A stretch of 64,000 nt of DNA from Lachnospiraceae bacterium (GTDB taxonomy: Bacteria; Bacillota; Clostridia; Lachnospirales; Lachnospiraceae), in assembly GCA_045126215.1 (NCBI GenBank), contig JBGVOD010000051.1, positions 1,615 to 65,614 on the forward strand. The letters run 5' to 3'. Made by a program: the position numbers and the translations under genes. Positions 8,905-19,098 of the stretch are shown here, one piece after another; within the stretch, counting starts at the first letter, position 1, and every line of letters begins with the position of its first letter. Under the pieces are notes generated by a model. The model worked only from the letters and a program-made list of their open reading frames with translations, searched no databases and was not told the DNA's origin.

Positions 8905-10509
8905 ATGAACGAGAGACTCAAAGAATACCAAGTAAAATTGGTTGAATTTTGGAATAAATATACAAAGAAACAAAAAGCATTGGTGATAAGTATTACATTG
9001 ACAGTGGTTATCGCTATTGTTTTATTATATATGGTTCTTAGCAGAACAGAGTACGAAGAATTAATCACCTGTGAAGATGCTACAACGGCAGCTAGTGTTA
9101 CAGAGACACTTACTACAGAGAATATAAAGTATACAACATCTTCAGATGGACTTACAATTTATGTTGATGGTGATAAACTTGTGGATGCTGAATATGCTAT
9201 CGCACAAGAAGGTCTTACTGCAACAGGATATACAATGGATTCGTACATTGCGAATATGGGATTTTCTACAACGTCAGAGGACAGAGAAAGATTATACCAG
9301 AAGTATCTTGAAGATAAGATTAAGGAAACAGTTGAGTCATTTAGTTATGTAAAAAGTGCATATATTCAGATGACAATTCCATCAAAGAAATTATCTGTTC
9401 TTAATGCAAATGAAGAAACTTCAGTAGCTGTAAAGCTTACATTAAGTTCAGCAATTCCTGATGGTGCAGCTGAATCTATGGCCAAATATCTTGCAACAGC
9501 AGTAGGAAATTCTTCAACTGCAAATGTTACAATTATTGATTCAGAAGGAAATACTTTATTTGAAGGACAGGAAGAAGTATCTGATGGCTCTGGGGCATTA
9601 AGTAATAAAGTTCAGAATCAGATTTATGACAGATTCTATGATGAAACAGTTAATAAAGTTTCTAAAGCTCTTTCAACTACTCAGATGTTTAACACAATAA
9701 CAGTAGTTCCAAATCTTGATGTTGATTTTAGCTTTGTTGATGTAGTTGATACAAAGTATTATAATGATGACAAAGTATTATATAGTGATTATAGTTATGA
9801 ATCTACAGGTGCTTCAGGAAATGGTGGAATTCCTGGAACAGATTCAAATGATGATGACACAACCTACTACATTCCTACAGGGGATGGCACAACAAGCAGT
9901 GTGTCTATTAATAAACATGAATATGCTGTGAGTAATACAGTTACTCATAAAGAGGGTCAAAAAGGTACACTGGATAAGCAGAATTCCTCAATATCTGTTG
10001 TTGTGAATAAATATGCAATTTACAATCAGGATATACTTACAGAGGCCGGTGAACTTGATGATATCACTTGGGAAGAATATAAAGCTGCACATTCTGAAAT
10101 TATTGCGCTTGATGTTCCAGAAGGAATAATTGCTATGATTTCAGATACTACAGGTATTCCGGAAGCTAATATCTCTTTCCTCAGTTATCAGGTGCCATTG
10201 TTTGAAGCATCTGAGGATAATAGTGGATTTGTTGCAAATATATTACCTATTATCTTGGCATTGGTAATACTTGCATTATTAGCATTTATAGTATGGAGAA
10301 GTCTTAGACCTATTGAGGTTAATGAAATTGAACCTGAACTTTCAGTAGAAGAGTTGCTTACAGCAACAAAAGAAAAACAGGTACCGGTTGAGGATATTGA
10401 TCTTGAAGAAAAATCTGAAACCCGAAAAGCAATTGAAAAATTTGTTGATGAAAATCCGGAAGCAGTTGCCTTATTACTTAGAAATTGGTTGAATGATGAT
10501 TGGGATTAA
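8905..10509 (+). CDS. fliF: Flagellar MS-ring protein FliF
   Basis: 534 aa with TM segments near the N-terminus and near residue 450. Operon position between fliE and fliG. Confidence 0.92.
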   Translation: MNERLKEYQVKLVEFWNKYTKKQKALVISITLTVVIAIVLLYMVLSRTEYEELITCEDATTAASVTETLTTENIKYTTSSDGLTIYVDGDKLVDAEYAIAQEGLTATGYTMDSYIANMGFSTTSEDRERLYQKYLEDKIKETVESFSYVKSAYIQMTIPSKKLSVLNANEETSVAVKLTLSSAIPDGAAESMAKYLATAVGNSSTANVTIIDSEGNTLFEGQEEVSDGSGALSNKVQNQIYDRFYDETVNKVSKALSTTQMFNTITVVPNLDVDFSFVDVVDTKYYNDDKVLYSDYSYESTGASGNGGIPGTDSNDDDTTYYIPTGDGTTSSVSINKHEYAVSNTVTHKEGQKGTLDKQNSSISVVVNKYAIYNQDILTEAGELDDITWEEYKAAHSEIIALDVPEGIIAMISDTTGIPEANISFLSYQVPLFEASEDNSGFVANILPIILALVILALLAFIVWRSLRPIEVNEIEPELSVEELLTATKEKQVPVEDIDLEEKSETRKAIEKFVDENPEAVALLLRNWLNDDWD

Positions 10510-10524
10510 AGTGGAGGTTTGTTT

Positions 10525-11553
10525 ATGTCTTATAATAAAAATACTCAGGCGAATGATGATTTATTGGGAACAACAAAAGCCGCAATATTACTTATTTCGT
10601 TAGGCCCTGAAAAATCAGCAAAAGTTTTTAAACATCTGAAAGAAGAAGAAATTGAGCAGTTGACACTTGAAATTGCAAATACGCGAAGTGTATCTCCTCA
10701 GATAAAAGAGGATGTTATGAATGAGTTCTATCAGGTGTGTCTTGCACAGCAGTATATTGCTGAAGGTGGTATAGGATATGCAAAAGAGCTTCTTGAAAAA
10801 GCACTTGGACAAGATAAGGCTCAAGATGTTATTTCTAAGCTTACAGCATCATTGCAGGTGCGTCCATTTGAATTTATTAGAAAGACAGATCCTTCGCAGT
10901 TGTTAAACTTTATTCAGGACGAACATCCACAGACAATTGCTCTTATTTTGTCATATCTTCCATCATCTCAGGCATCAATGCTTATTTCGGCTCTTCCGCT
11001 TGAAAAGCAGTCAGATGTTGCTAAACGTATTGCAAAGATGGATAGAACATCACCTGATATTATCAAGGAAGTTGAAAGGGTATTAGAAAAGAAACTTGCA
11101 TCACTTGTTAATCAGGATTACACAATTGTTGGTGGTGTTGATGCAATTGTTGATATCCTCAATAGTGTTGATAGAGGAACAGAAAAACATATTATGGAAA
11201 ATCTCGAAATCGAAGAGCCAGAGCTTGCTGATGAAATCAGACGTAAGATGTTCGTATTTGAAGATATTCTTTTACTTGATGATAAAACAATTCAGAGAGT
11301 ATTGCGAGAAGTTGATAATGCAGATCTTGGAATTGCACTCAAGGGTTCAAATGAACAAGTTCAGGCTACGATATTTAAGAATCTATCTAAACGTCTTGCT
11401 GAAATGATAAAGGAAGATATGGAATTTATGGGTCCAGTTCGTATGAAGGATGTTGAAGAGGCTCAGCAGAAGATTGTTAATATTATCAGAAAACTTGAAG
11501 ATACTGGCGAAATAATCATTTCGCGTGGTGGAGGTGACGAGTTAATTGTCTAA
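10525..11553 (+). CDS. fliG: Flagellar motor switch protein FliG
   Basis: AAILLISLGPEKSAKVFKHL, and a C-terminal torque-helix region. ATG 10525 is spaced from the GGAGG RBS. Confidence 0.95.
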   Translation: MSYNKNTQANDDLLGTTKAAILLISLGPEKSAKVFKHLKEEEIEQLTLEIANTRSVSPQIKEDVMNEFYQVCLAQQYIAEGGIGYAKELLEKALGQDKAQDVISKLTASLQVRPFEFIRKTDPSQLLNFIQDEHPQTIALILSYLPSSQASMLISALPLEKQSDVAKRIAKMDRTSPDIIKEVERVLEKKLASLVNQDYTIVGGVDAIVDILNSVDRGTEKHIMENLEIEEPELADEIRRKMFVFEDILLLDDKTIQRVLREVDNADLGIALKGSNEQVQATIFKNLSKRLAEMIKEDMEFMGPVRMKDVEEAQQKIVNIIRKLEDTGEIIISRGGGDELIV

Positions 11554-12445
11554 TTTATATAAATCCACATATGTGAATTGTGATAATAACGAAAAAAAAG
11601 TAGTAGATAGTAATGATATTATCTCGCAAAAGATTATTAAAATAAAAGAGGCTTTTGAAAAACAGAATCTGGATAGAGACAGCAATGATGGGTTTACACT
11701 TGGCCTTGATGCAGAACATGTTGAAGAACTGATTAATGATTCCGAATATGAAGAATATGAGGATTCATATGAAGATGAAGAGAGTGAAAAACATTCTGAT
11801 GAACAAAGCTCAAAGAGAGCAGATCAGATTATCGAAGAGGCAAATATCAGATCATCTCAGATTATTGCTGAGGCTCAAGAAAGAGCTAATGAGATAATTA
11901 ATGATGCTATGACAAGAGTCAAAGAAAGCTTTGAACAGGCAAAAGAACAAGGTTATAGTGAAGGCTTGGAAGAAGGAACGAAACAAGGTGCAAAACAGAT
12001 AGAATCCATGAAGGCAGAAGTTGAAGAGGAAAGAAAACAGCTGGAATCTGACTATAAGGAAAAGGTAAAAAAAATAGAGCCGGAGCTAATAGATGTACTT
12101 CTAAAAATCTTTTCGGAAGTGACAAAAGTTCTTGGCGAGAATAAAAAAGAACTAATCGTAACCTTGGTTAATAGTGTAATGAGTGGAACAGAAGTAAGTA
12201 AAAATTACATTATAAAAACAAGCAGAGATGATGCAATCTTTTTAAGGGAAAATAAAGATAAAATATATGGTTCTGTAGGAAGAGATATCAATATAGAAAT
12301 TGTAGAAGATCCTACAATGAAAAGAAGTCAGTGTCTTATTGACACAGATATGGGTATATTTGATTGTAGTCTCGATATACAGCTGGAAAATCTTATTGAT
12401 GATATCAAAATATTAGCATGTCAGGGCGTAGATTATTTTAACTAA
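11546..12445 (+). CDS. fliH: Flagellar export apparatus protein FliH
   Basis: Acidic coiled-coil N-terminal half and FliH-type C-terminal domain. TTG start overlaps the fliG stop; the exact start is uncertain. Confidence 0.8.
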   Translation: MSNLYKSTYVNCDNNEKKVVDSNDIISQKIIKIKEAFEKQNLDRDSNDGFTLGLDAEHVEELINDSEYEEYEDSYEDEESEKHSDEQSSKRADQIIEEANIRSSQIIAEAQERANEIINDAMTRVKESFEQAKEQGYSEGLEEGTKQGAKQIESMKAEVEEERKQLESDYKEKVKKIEPELIDVLLKIFSEVTKVLGENKKELIVTLVNSVMSGTEVSKNYIIKTSRDDAIFLRENKDKIYGSVGRDINIEIVEDPTMKRSQCLIDTDMGIFDCSLDIQLENLIDDIKILACQGVDYFN

Positions 12446-12489
12446 ATGTTAGAAAATTACGTCCAGTTTTATAGATTTGGAGAAATAAA

Positions 12490-13803
12490 ATGTCATTTGT
12501 AAATACAGCTAAATATTACAGCCTTTTAGAAAAAAACTTTACAACTAAACTTGGAAAAGTATCTAAAATAGTTGGACTTACAATTGAATCAATAGGTCCT
12601 GATGCGAATCTGAATGATGTATGTACAATTATTTCAAAAGATAATCCTTCGCAGACGGTGCAGGCTGAGGTTGTAGGATTTAAGGATAAGAGAATTCTTC
12701 TTATGCCTTTTGAAAGCGTTGATGGAATTGGACCGGGAAGTATTGTTAAAAATACAGGAAGCGTTTTAAATATATCCATTGGAAATGATATACTTGGAAA
12801 AACAGTGGATGGTCTTGGACGACCTCTTGACGGAAGTGAAATAAAGGATAGCGTACAAAAAGTAGTTGAAGCAGCACCACCTGATCCTATGTCAAGAGAG
12901 ATTATTTCTGAGATTTTGCCACTTGGAGTAAAGGCTGTAGATGGTCTTATTACTGTTGGAAAAGGACAAAGAATAGGAATATTTGCAGGTAGTGGTGTTG
13001 GAAAGAGTACATTGCTTGGTATGTTTGCAAGAAATACAAAAGCAGATGTTAATGTAATAGCTTTAATTGGAGAGCGTGGAAGAGAAGTTAGGGAGTTTAT
13101 TGAACGAGATTTGGGTGAAGAGGGTATGAAACGTAGTGTTGTAGTTGTTGCAACATCGGATAAACCTGCCCTTATAAGAAATAAAGCTGCAAAAACAGCA
13201 ACAGCAATTGCAGAATACTTTAGAGATCAAGGAAAAGATGTCCTTCTTATGATGGATTCCCTTACCCGATTTTCAATGGCACAGAGAGAGATAGGACTTG
13301 CGTCGGGTGAACCACCTGTTACAAGAGGATATCCACCCAGTGTTTATAGCGAGATGCCAAAGCTTCTTGAAAGAGCAGGGACATCTGATAAAGGCTCTAT
13401 AACAGGCCTATATACAGTATTGGTAGATGGTGATGATTTTAATGAACCAATTACAGATACAGCAAGAAGTATTCTTGATGGTCATATTATGCTTTCCAGA
13501 AAGCTTGGACATAAGAATCATTATCCTGCAATAGATGTATTACAAAGTATTTCCAGAGTAATGAGTCAGATTGTATCAAAAGAGCATAAAAAAGCAGCAG
13601 GAGAACTGAAAAATATACTTGCAAGCTATAATGAAGCGGAAGATCTTATTAATATTGGTGCATATAAAACAGGCTCAAATAAAAATATAGATTATGCTAT
13701 TTCAAAAATTGATCAGGTTAATAGTTTTCTTAAACAAGGAACTGATGAGAAGTTTTTGTTTGATGAAGAATTGAAGATGCTTTTTGATATTTTTAACGAT
13801 TAA
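12490..13803 (+). CDS. fliI: Flagellum-specific ATPase FliI
   Basis: Walker A GSGVGKST, Walker B LLMMDSLTR; F1/T3SS ATPase family. Confidence 0.97.
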   Translation: MSFVNTAKYYSLLEKNFTTKLGKVSKIVGLTIESIGPDANLNDVCTIISKDNPSQTVQAEVVGFKDKRILLMPFESVDGIGPGSIVKNTGSVLNISIGNDILGKTVDGLGRPLDGSEIKDSVQKVVEAAPPDPMSREIISEILPLGVKAVDGLITVGKGQRIGIFAGSGVGKSTLLGMFARNTKADVNVIALIGERGREVREFIERDLGEEGMKRSVVVVATSDKPALIRNKAAKTATAIAEYFRDQGKDVLLMMDSLTRFSMAQREIGLASGEPPVTRGYPPSVYSEMPKLLERAGTSDKGSITGLYTVLVDGDDFNEPITDTARSILDGHIMLSRKLGHKNHYPAIDVLQSISRVMSQIVSKEHKKAAGELKNILASYNEAEDLINIGAYKTGSNKNIDYAISKIDQVNSFLKQGTDEKFLFDEELKMLFDIFND

Positions 13804-13884
13804 AACATCAAAAGATAATTTTTCAGGTTTGCTTGCATACAGGTGTAATAATTATTTTTTGACTTAAACGAATAGGTGATTTTT

Positions 13885-14328
13885 ATGGCGAAATTTCATT
13901 ACAGAATGCAAAATATTCTGGATATAAAAGAAAAACTTGAATCACAGGCAAAGACTGAATTTGCAAAAGAACAAGAAAATTTAAGACAGGAAGAGCTTAA
14001 GCTTTCTGCTATTTATGCCGATATAGAGAAATATGAGGAGAGAATAAGGCAGATGGGGCAGCAAAAGCTGGATGTCTTCGAATTAAAAAGATGCAATAAT
14101 GCCATAAAGATAAAAAAGTATGAGGCAAAGAATCAGAAGGTAAAAATCAAACAGGCAGAACAGAAACTCGATATTGTTAGAGCAAAACTAAACAAAGTTA
14201 TGGTTGAGCGAAAAACACAAGAGATTTTAAAAGAAAGAGCCTTTAATGAGTTTAAAAAAGAACTGGAAGAACAGGAAAGCAAAGAAGTCGATGAAATTGT
14301 AAGCTTTCAGTTTAGTAGACTTAAGTAA
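13885..14328 (+). CDS. fliJ: Flagellar export chaperone/stalk protein FliJ
   Basis: About 147-aa all-coiled-coil protein beginning FHYRMQNILDIKEKLE. Position after fliI. Confidence 0.85.
   Translation: MAKFHYRMQNILDIKEKLESQAKTEFAKEQENLRQEELKLSAIYADIEKYEERIRQMGQQKLDVFELKRCNNAIKIKKYEAKNQKVKIKQAEQKLDIVRAKLNKVMVERKTQEILKERAFNEFKKELEEQESKEVDEIVSFQFSRLK
13998..14024 (+). promoter_or_regulatory. Sigma-D (sigma-28)-like promoter candidate inside fliJ
   Basis: TAAG (13998-14001), N15, GCCGATAT (14017-14024), compared with the Bacillus sigma-D consensus TAAA-N15-GCCGATAT. Confidence 0.3.
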
Positions 14329-14343
14329 TTTAGGAGACGCAAA

Positions 14344-15084
14344 ATGGCAATAGATGAATTAGATGATAACATTGAAGAAAAAAAATCAGGTAAAATAAAA
14401 ATAATACTTATTGGGATATTATTTTTGGTTGTATGGCTTGGAATATTTTGTGTATTAGTTAAGCTTGATGTAGGTGGATTTGGAAGTTCAGTAATGAGAC
14501 CATTATTTAAGGATGTTCCGGTAATCAATAAGATACTACCAGATGATAAAACAGAAGGAACAAGTGAGTATCCTTATAAAAGCTTAGCCGATGCAATTAC
14601 ATATATCAAAGAATTAGAATTAGAACTCCAGACATATAAAGATACTATAAAAGATAACGAAGAGTTAATTGCAGAACTTCAGTCAGAAATAGACAGACTT
14701 AAGGCTTTTGAATTAAGTCAGGAAGAATTCGAAAATTTAAAAGAGCAGTTTTACAATGAAATTGTTTTTGGAGAAAATGCACTTTCATATGAAAATTACA
14801 AACAGTACTATGAAGCAATAAATCCAGATTATGCAGAAGAGTTATATAGACAGGTGCTGGAAAAGTATATGTATGATACCAGATACAAAGAACTTGCCGA
14901 TGCATACGCTGCCATGAAACCAAAAAAAGCTGCTGCAGCATTATATGAAATGACGGGTGATCTGGATAAAGTTGTTGCAATACTAAAAAATATGGAAACT
15001 GATCAGAGGGCAGCAGTACTTAATGAATTAAGTGATATTGATGCAGTATTCTGCGGTAAGATTACAGTTATGTTGGCTCCTTAG
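14344..15084 (+). CDS. YlxF/FlbB-like flagellar protein with MgtE-N-like C-terminal domain
   Basis: N-terminal TM helix, coiled coil, and C-terminal KPKKAAAALYEMTGDLDKVVAILKNMETDQRAAVLNEL. Same position as B. subtilis ylxF. Confidence 0.7.
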   Translation: MAIDELDDNIEEKKSGKIKIILIGILFLVVWLGIFCVLVKLDVGGFGSSVMRPLFKDVPVINKILPDDKTEGTSEYPYKSLADAITYIKELELELQTYKDTIKDNEELIAELQSEIDRLKAFELSQEEFENLKEQFYNEIVFGENALSYENYKQYYEAINPDYAEELYRQVLEKYMYDTRYKELADAYAAMKPKKAAAALYEMTGDLDKVVAILKNMETDQRAAVLNELSDIDAVFCGKITVMLAP

Positions 15085-15143
15085 TGAGTGAACATTTTTA
15101 TAAAAAATATAAACTGTAAAATAAAAGAAAGGAGGGAGAAGAA

Positions 15144-16481
15144 ATGGTTAGTGCAAGCGTAAATCCGTCACAGACTTTGATGAAGAATATGTACAACGAA
15201 TCTAAAAGTGAAGTAAAAGAAACAGATTCATCAGAAAATTCATTTGCTTCCAATCTTAAGAAAACATCAAAAGTTTCAAAGAAGCAGACTGATGAAAAGG
15301 TTACAGAATCTGAATCTAATGATGTAATTAAGAATTATGATAAGGCTTTTGAAAAAATCAAAGAAGAAATGAAAAAGTCGAAAATAGTATCAGGTAATGT
15401 TAGTGAAATAACATATATGCCACAACTGCAGATAGTTGATATTGCAAATCAAACTGATATACAGAGTAACAATTCTGAAATTAAGGCTGAAATAGCTGAT
15501 GTACTTGGTGTTTCAGTTTCAGAAGTTGAAACTGTACTTAAGGATATGAATATTTCGGTATATGATTTGAAAGATGAAAATAATCTTAAAGGATTAATAT
15601 CAGAGATAAAAAATATTGAAGACGAATTTGAACTGCTTACAAATAATGAACTATATAGTGATTATAGGAAAGCATTCGAAGAAATCAGTGAAAAACTTTT
15701 AGATTTTGAAACAGTAAAGACAGTTGAAACTACTGATGTGGATAATGAACTTGTAGAAGAAACATTAATTGCAGATGAAATGTTACCAAATGAAAGTAAT
15801 GATAAAAATACTTTTGAAAAAGAAAATGTAAGTGATGAAGAAACTGTTTTTGAAATTGATGGTTTAGAAATTAATCAGAAAATTAAAGAAAACATTACAT
15901 CAAATAATGAGTTTTCATCGGAGTTAAACAAAAACAACGACAATCAAATGGAAAACAAAGATGTATCGTTTGTTAATATCAAAAATGATAATGTTGTAAA
16001 TGATATTTCAGATGCTATTATTGAAGCCACAGGTGATGTGAATGAAGCAGATGTTGTTTCTCAGATTATTGAACAGGTTAAAACACAAGTTAAACCCGGG
16101 ATTTCGTCTATAGAAATGCAGCTTTATCCAGAACATCTTGGTAAGGTTTCTATTCAGGTGGTTTCAAAAGATGGAATTGTATCGGCAGAAATTTCAGCAC
16201 AGACTGAAGCTGCAAAGAAAGCAATTGAAGGTCAGCTTACAATACTTAAGGATAATCTTAATAATCAGGGTATTAAAGTTGAAGCTGTTGAAGTTACAAT
16301 TGCTGGACATGGATTTGAAGAAAATCTTGAACGAGACAATAGAAATCAGGATGAAGCTTCAAAGGGTTCAAAACATGTTAGAAAAAGTCTGCTAGATGAA
16401 TTAAATGGAATTGATTCTTTAGATGAAACAGAAGAAGTGAAAATGGAAACTATCGGAAACACAGTAAGTTATAAAGCATAA
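15144..16481 (+). CDS. fliK: Flagellar hook-length control protein FliK
   Basis: Acidic, low-complexity N-terminal part and C-terminal Flg_hook domain (MQLYPEHLGKVSIQVVSKDGIVSAEISAQTEAAKKAIEGQL). Confidence 0.85.
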   Translation: MVSASVNPSQTLMKNMYNESKSEVKETDSSENSFASNLKKTSKVSKKQTDEKVTESESNDVIKNYDKAFEKIKEEMKKSKIVSGNVSEITYMPQLQIVDIANQTDIQSNNSEIKAEIADVLGVSVSEVETVLKDMNISVYDLKDENNLKGLISEIKNIEDEFELLTNNELYSDYRKAFEEISEKLLDFETVKTVETTDVDNELVEETLIADEMLPNESNDKNTFEKENVSDEETVFEIDGLEINQKIKENITSNNEFSSELNKNNDNQMENKDVSFVNIKNDNVVNDISDAIIEATGDVNEADVVSQIIEQVKTQVKPGISSIEMQLYPEHLGKVSIQVVSKDGIVSAEISAQTEAAKKAIEGQLTILKDNLNNQGIKVEAVEVTIAGHGFEENLERDNRNQDEASKGSKHVRKSLLDELNGIDSLDETEEVKMETIGNTVSYKA

Positions 16482-16492
16482 GAGGTGATATA

Positions 16493-16966
16493 ATGGGAAA
16501 TGTTTTAGGAGTAAATAATGGTCAGCTCGATCAGGTAGAACAGTCAAAGACATATCAGGTTGAGGATAAAACAGGAACAAGTAATCTTGGGAAAGATGCT
16601 TTTTTACAGTTACTTGTGGCGCAGTTACAGTATCAGGATCCTTTATCTCCACAGTCAAATGAAGATTTTGTAAGCCAGTTAGCACAATTTTCTTCTTTAG
16701 AAGAAATGCAGTCGATGACAAGCAGCCTTGCAAATTCGCAGGCATTATCTTTAGTTGGTAAAAATGTAATTATAGAGGTTGGAAAATCACAGGGACTTGC
16801 AACTACGACTACAATTGGTGGATATGTTGATTATGTTCAGATGATAGAAGGAAAAGCATATTTATCGATTAATGGTCAAAAATATGATTTTGAAGACCTT
16901 GATTCGGTAATTGATGAGTACTATTTGGCTGAACAGATTAAAAATGAACAGGAAAAGGAACAGTAA
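16493..16966 (+). CDS. flgD: Flagellar hook capping/assembly protein FlgD
   Basis: LGKDAFLQLLVAQLQYQDPLSP motif. Confidence 0.93.
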   Translation: MGNVLGVNNGQLDQVEQSKTYQVEDKTGTSNLGKDAFLQLLVAQLQYQDPLSPQSNEDFVSQLAQFSSLEEMQSMTSSLANSQALSLVGKNVIIEVGKSQGLATTTTIGGYVDYVQMIEGKAYLSINGQKYDFEDLDSVIDEYYLAEQIKNEQEKEQ

Positions 16967-16996
16967 AACTAGTTCTTGTATGAAAGGTGGATTTGT

Positions 16997-17407
16997 ATGG
17001 AACCTATAAATAAATTTCAATCAACATCCATCGAACAAATTGCAAATAAATACTTAAGTAAAAAAGAAAATGTGTCGATAAATAAGTCAAATACAAATCA
17101 AAGTTTTAATGAAATTCTTAAATCTAAAGCATTTGAAAGTATTGACAAAACGACAGAACTAAAATTTTCAAAGCATGCAAGTGAAAGGCTTATGGATAGA
17201 AACATAACCCTTACTCCGGAGCAATTTGAACGATTGGAAACGGGAACAAAAAAGGCAGAAGAAAAAGGCATAAAAGAGTCATTAGTGATTATGGATGATA
17301 TGGCATTTATCGTGAATATAAAAAATAATACAGTTGTAACTGCCATGGATCAAAAATCAAATAATGAAAATGTATTTACAAATATTGATGGAGCCGTAAT
17401 TATATAG
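16997..17407 (+). CDS. Flagellar operon protein (TIGR02530-like)
   Basis: FSKHASERLMDRNITLTPEQ motif. Conserved position between flgD and flgE in Clostridia/Bacilli. Confidence 0.7.
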   Translation: MEPINKFQSTSIEQIANKYLSKKENVSINKSNTNQSFNEILKSKAFESIDKTTELKFSKHASERLMDRNITLTPEQFERLETGTKKAEEKGIKESLVIMDDMAFIVNIKNNTVVTAMDQKSNNENVFTNIDGAVII

Positions 17408-17480
17408 CTGGACCTATATGGAAGCTATAATCTCCGAATGACAGAAGAGATTAAACGGCATTTTAAGGAGGTCATTCATT

Positions 17481-18854
17481 ATGATGAGATCATTATACTC
17501 TGGTGTAGCAGGTTTAAAAGTACATCAGACACGTATGGATGTTATTGGTAACAACATTGCCAATGTAAACACAGTAGGTTTTAAGTCACAAAGAGTTAAT
17601 TTTAGTGAATTGTTTTACCAGACAACACAGTCTGCATCGGGACCTAATGCTGAAACAAGCACAGGTGGTCAGAATGCAAAACAGATTGGTCTTGGTACAA
17701 GTGTTGCCCAGATTTCTACAAATATTTCAGGTGAAGGCGGATCACAGTCCACAGGAAATGCACTTGATTTGAAGATTAATGGAGATACATTCTTTGTTAT
17801 TCAGTCAGGCGGAGCAAGATATTTTTCAAAAGCTGGTAATTTCACAACAGATGCATATGGTAACCTTGTAACTGGAAATGGTGGATATGTAATGGGATAT
17901 ACGGCGGCAAGAGACGAAAAAACGGGAGATTTCGTACTTCAGACAGATGAGCTTCGACCTATTTCAATCTATAGTGAAATATACGACAAAACAGCTCCTG
18001 CGCAGACAACAGAAGCTACAACAACTGGTAATATCAATTCAGAAGATGAAAAATTTACAGCAAATGGTGTAGGCTTTGTAACAACAGATCTTTCTGTATA
18101 TGATAGCCTTGGAAATTTATACACTGTTCAGATGAGAATTGAACAGGATGCAGGCAGTACAACAGGATATAAAATGTATGCTGCAAAGGTGTTTAGAGGT
18201 ACTGAAGAAGTTACAGGTGTTGAAGCAAAGTTTGAAGGTACTGACGTTGCAGATTATGTTGCAAAGGATGGAAATACTTATGGCGGTATTTCGCTTACAT
18301 TTGATGGAACAACAGGTAAACTTACAGATACTTCAATTAAAAATATAAATCTTACGATTGTAGATGACACAGGAGCAGCTCTTCCAGCTTTTCAGGAACC
18401 TATAAATGTTGATTTTTCCACACTTACAACATATGGTGGAGAAACTAAACTTACATCTGAAAAAGGTAGTTTTGATAAGACTGGCGAAGGAAAAGCTGTA
18501 GGTACAATGATTTCCGTTGGTGTTCAGACAGATGGTAAGATTGTTGCATCATATAGCAATGGAGATACAGCATTTATTGGACAGATAGCAGTTGCACAGT
18601 TTGCAAATGCAGCAGGTCTTGAAAAGAGGGGCGATAACTTATTTGCACAGACGCTCAATTCAGGCGATGCAAATATTATGGGCGTAACAGCAGCTGGACA
18701 GGATATGTCAAGTGGTGTACTTGAAATGTCAAATGTAGATTTGGCGACAGAATTTACTGATATGATTGTTACTCAGAGAGGTTATCAGGCAAACTCAAGA
18801 GTTATTACAACGTCAGATACGATGATAGAAGAATTGTTGAATCTTAAGAGATAA
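17481..18854 (+). CDS. flgE: Flagellar hook protein FlgE
   Basis: MMRSLYSGVAGLKVHQTRMDVIGNNIANVNTVGFK N-terminus and C-terminal VTQRGYQANSRVITTSD. Confidence 0.95.
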   Translation: MMRSLYSGVAGLKVHQTRMDVIGNNIANVNTVGFKSQRVNFSELFYQTTQSASGPNAETSTGGQNAKQIGLGTSVAQISTNISGEGGSQSTGNALDLKINGDTFFVIQSGGARYFSKAGNFTTDAYGNLVTGNGGYVMGYTAARDEKTGDFVLQTDELRPISIYSEIYDKTAPAQTTEATTTGNINSEDEKFTANGVGFVTTDLSVYDSLGNLYTVQMRIEQDAGSTTGYKMYAAKVFRGTEEVTGVEAKFEGTDVADYVAKDGNTYGGISLTFDGTTGKLTDTSIKNINLTIVDDTGAALPAFQEPINVDFSTLTTYGGETKLTSEKGSFDKTGEGKAVGTMISVGVQTDGKIVASYSNGDTAFIGQIAVAQFANAAGLEKRGDNLFAQTLNSGDANIMGVTAAGQDMSSGVLEMSNVDLATEFTDMIVTQRGYQANSRVITTSDTMIEELLNLKR

Positions 18855-18872
18855 AAATAAAAATGGAATTAT

Positions 18873-18947
18873 AAAGGTCGGATGGCTTTAAAAATTAACT
18901 ATTATTTATTAGTTGATGAAAAAAAAGCTGCCCGACTTTCAAGTTTT
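18873..18947 (+). terminator. Terminator-like hairpin after flgE (weak call)
   Basis: aaaggtcggatggc pairs with gctgcccgacttt, with a bulge and a large AT-rich loop, followed by caagtttt. Confidence 0.3.
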
Positions 18948-18988
18948 GAAAAAAATAATAAAAAAACGAAAAAAAAAGCATATTTTTG

Positions 18989-19017
18989 TTGGTTTCTAGG
19001 GAAAAGTATGTTAGAAT
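18989..19017 (+). promoter_or_regulatory. Extended -10 sigma-A-type promoter candidate for motA
   Basis: TTGGTT (18989-18994), N17 ending in TGt, TAGAAT (19012-19017). Confidence 0.5.
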
Positions 19018-19098
19018 AATATAGAATTATATTGAAAATGATTTAGTATGTCCAGTTATGGATTGTATATAAAAATACTACATAGGTAGGTGGAATAT

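Noticed and set aside
18882-19028. 48-aa ORF (MALKINYYLLVDEKK...) in the flgE-motA gap as a possible FlbD
   Set aside because: It has no similarity to FlbD/SwrD, a poor RBS spacing, and a Lys-rich sequence produced by poly-A tracts. It also overlaps the candidate terminator and promoter.
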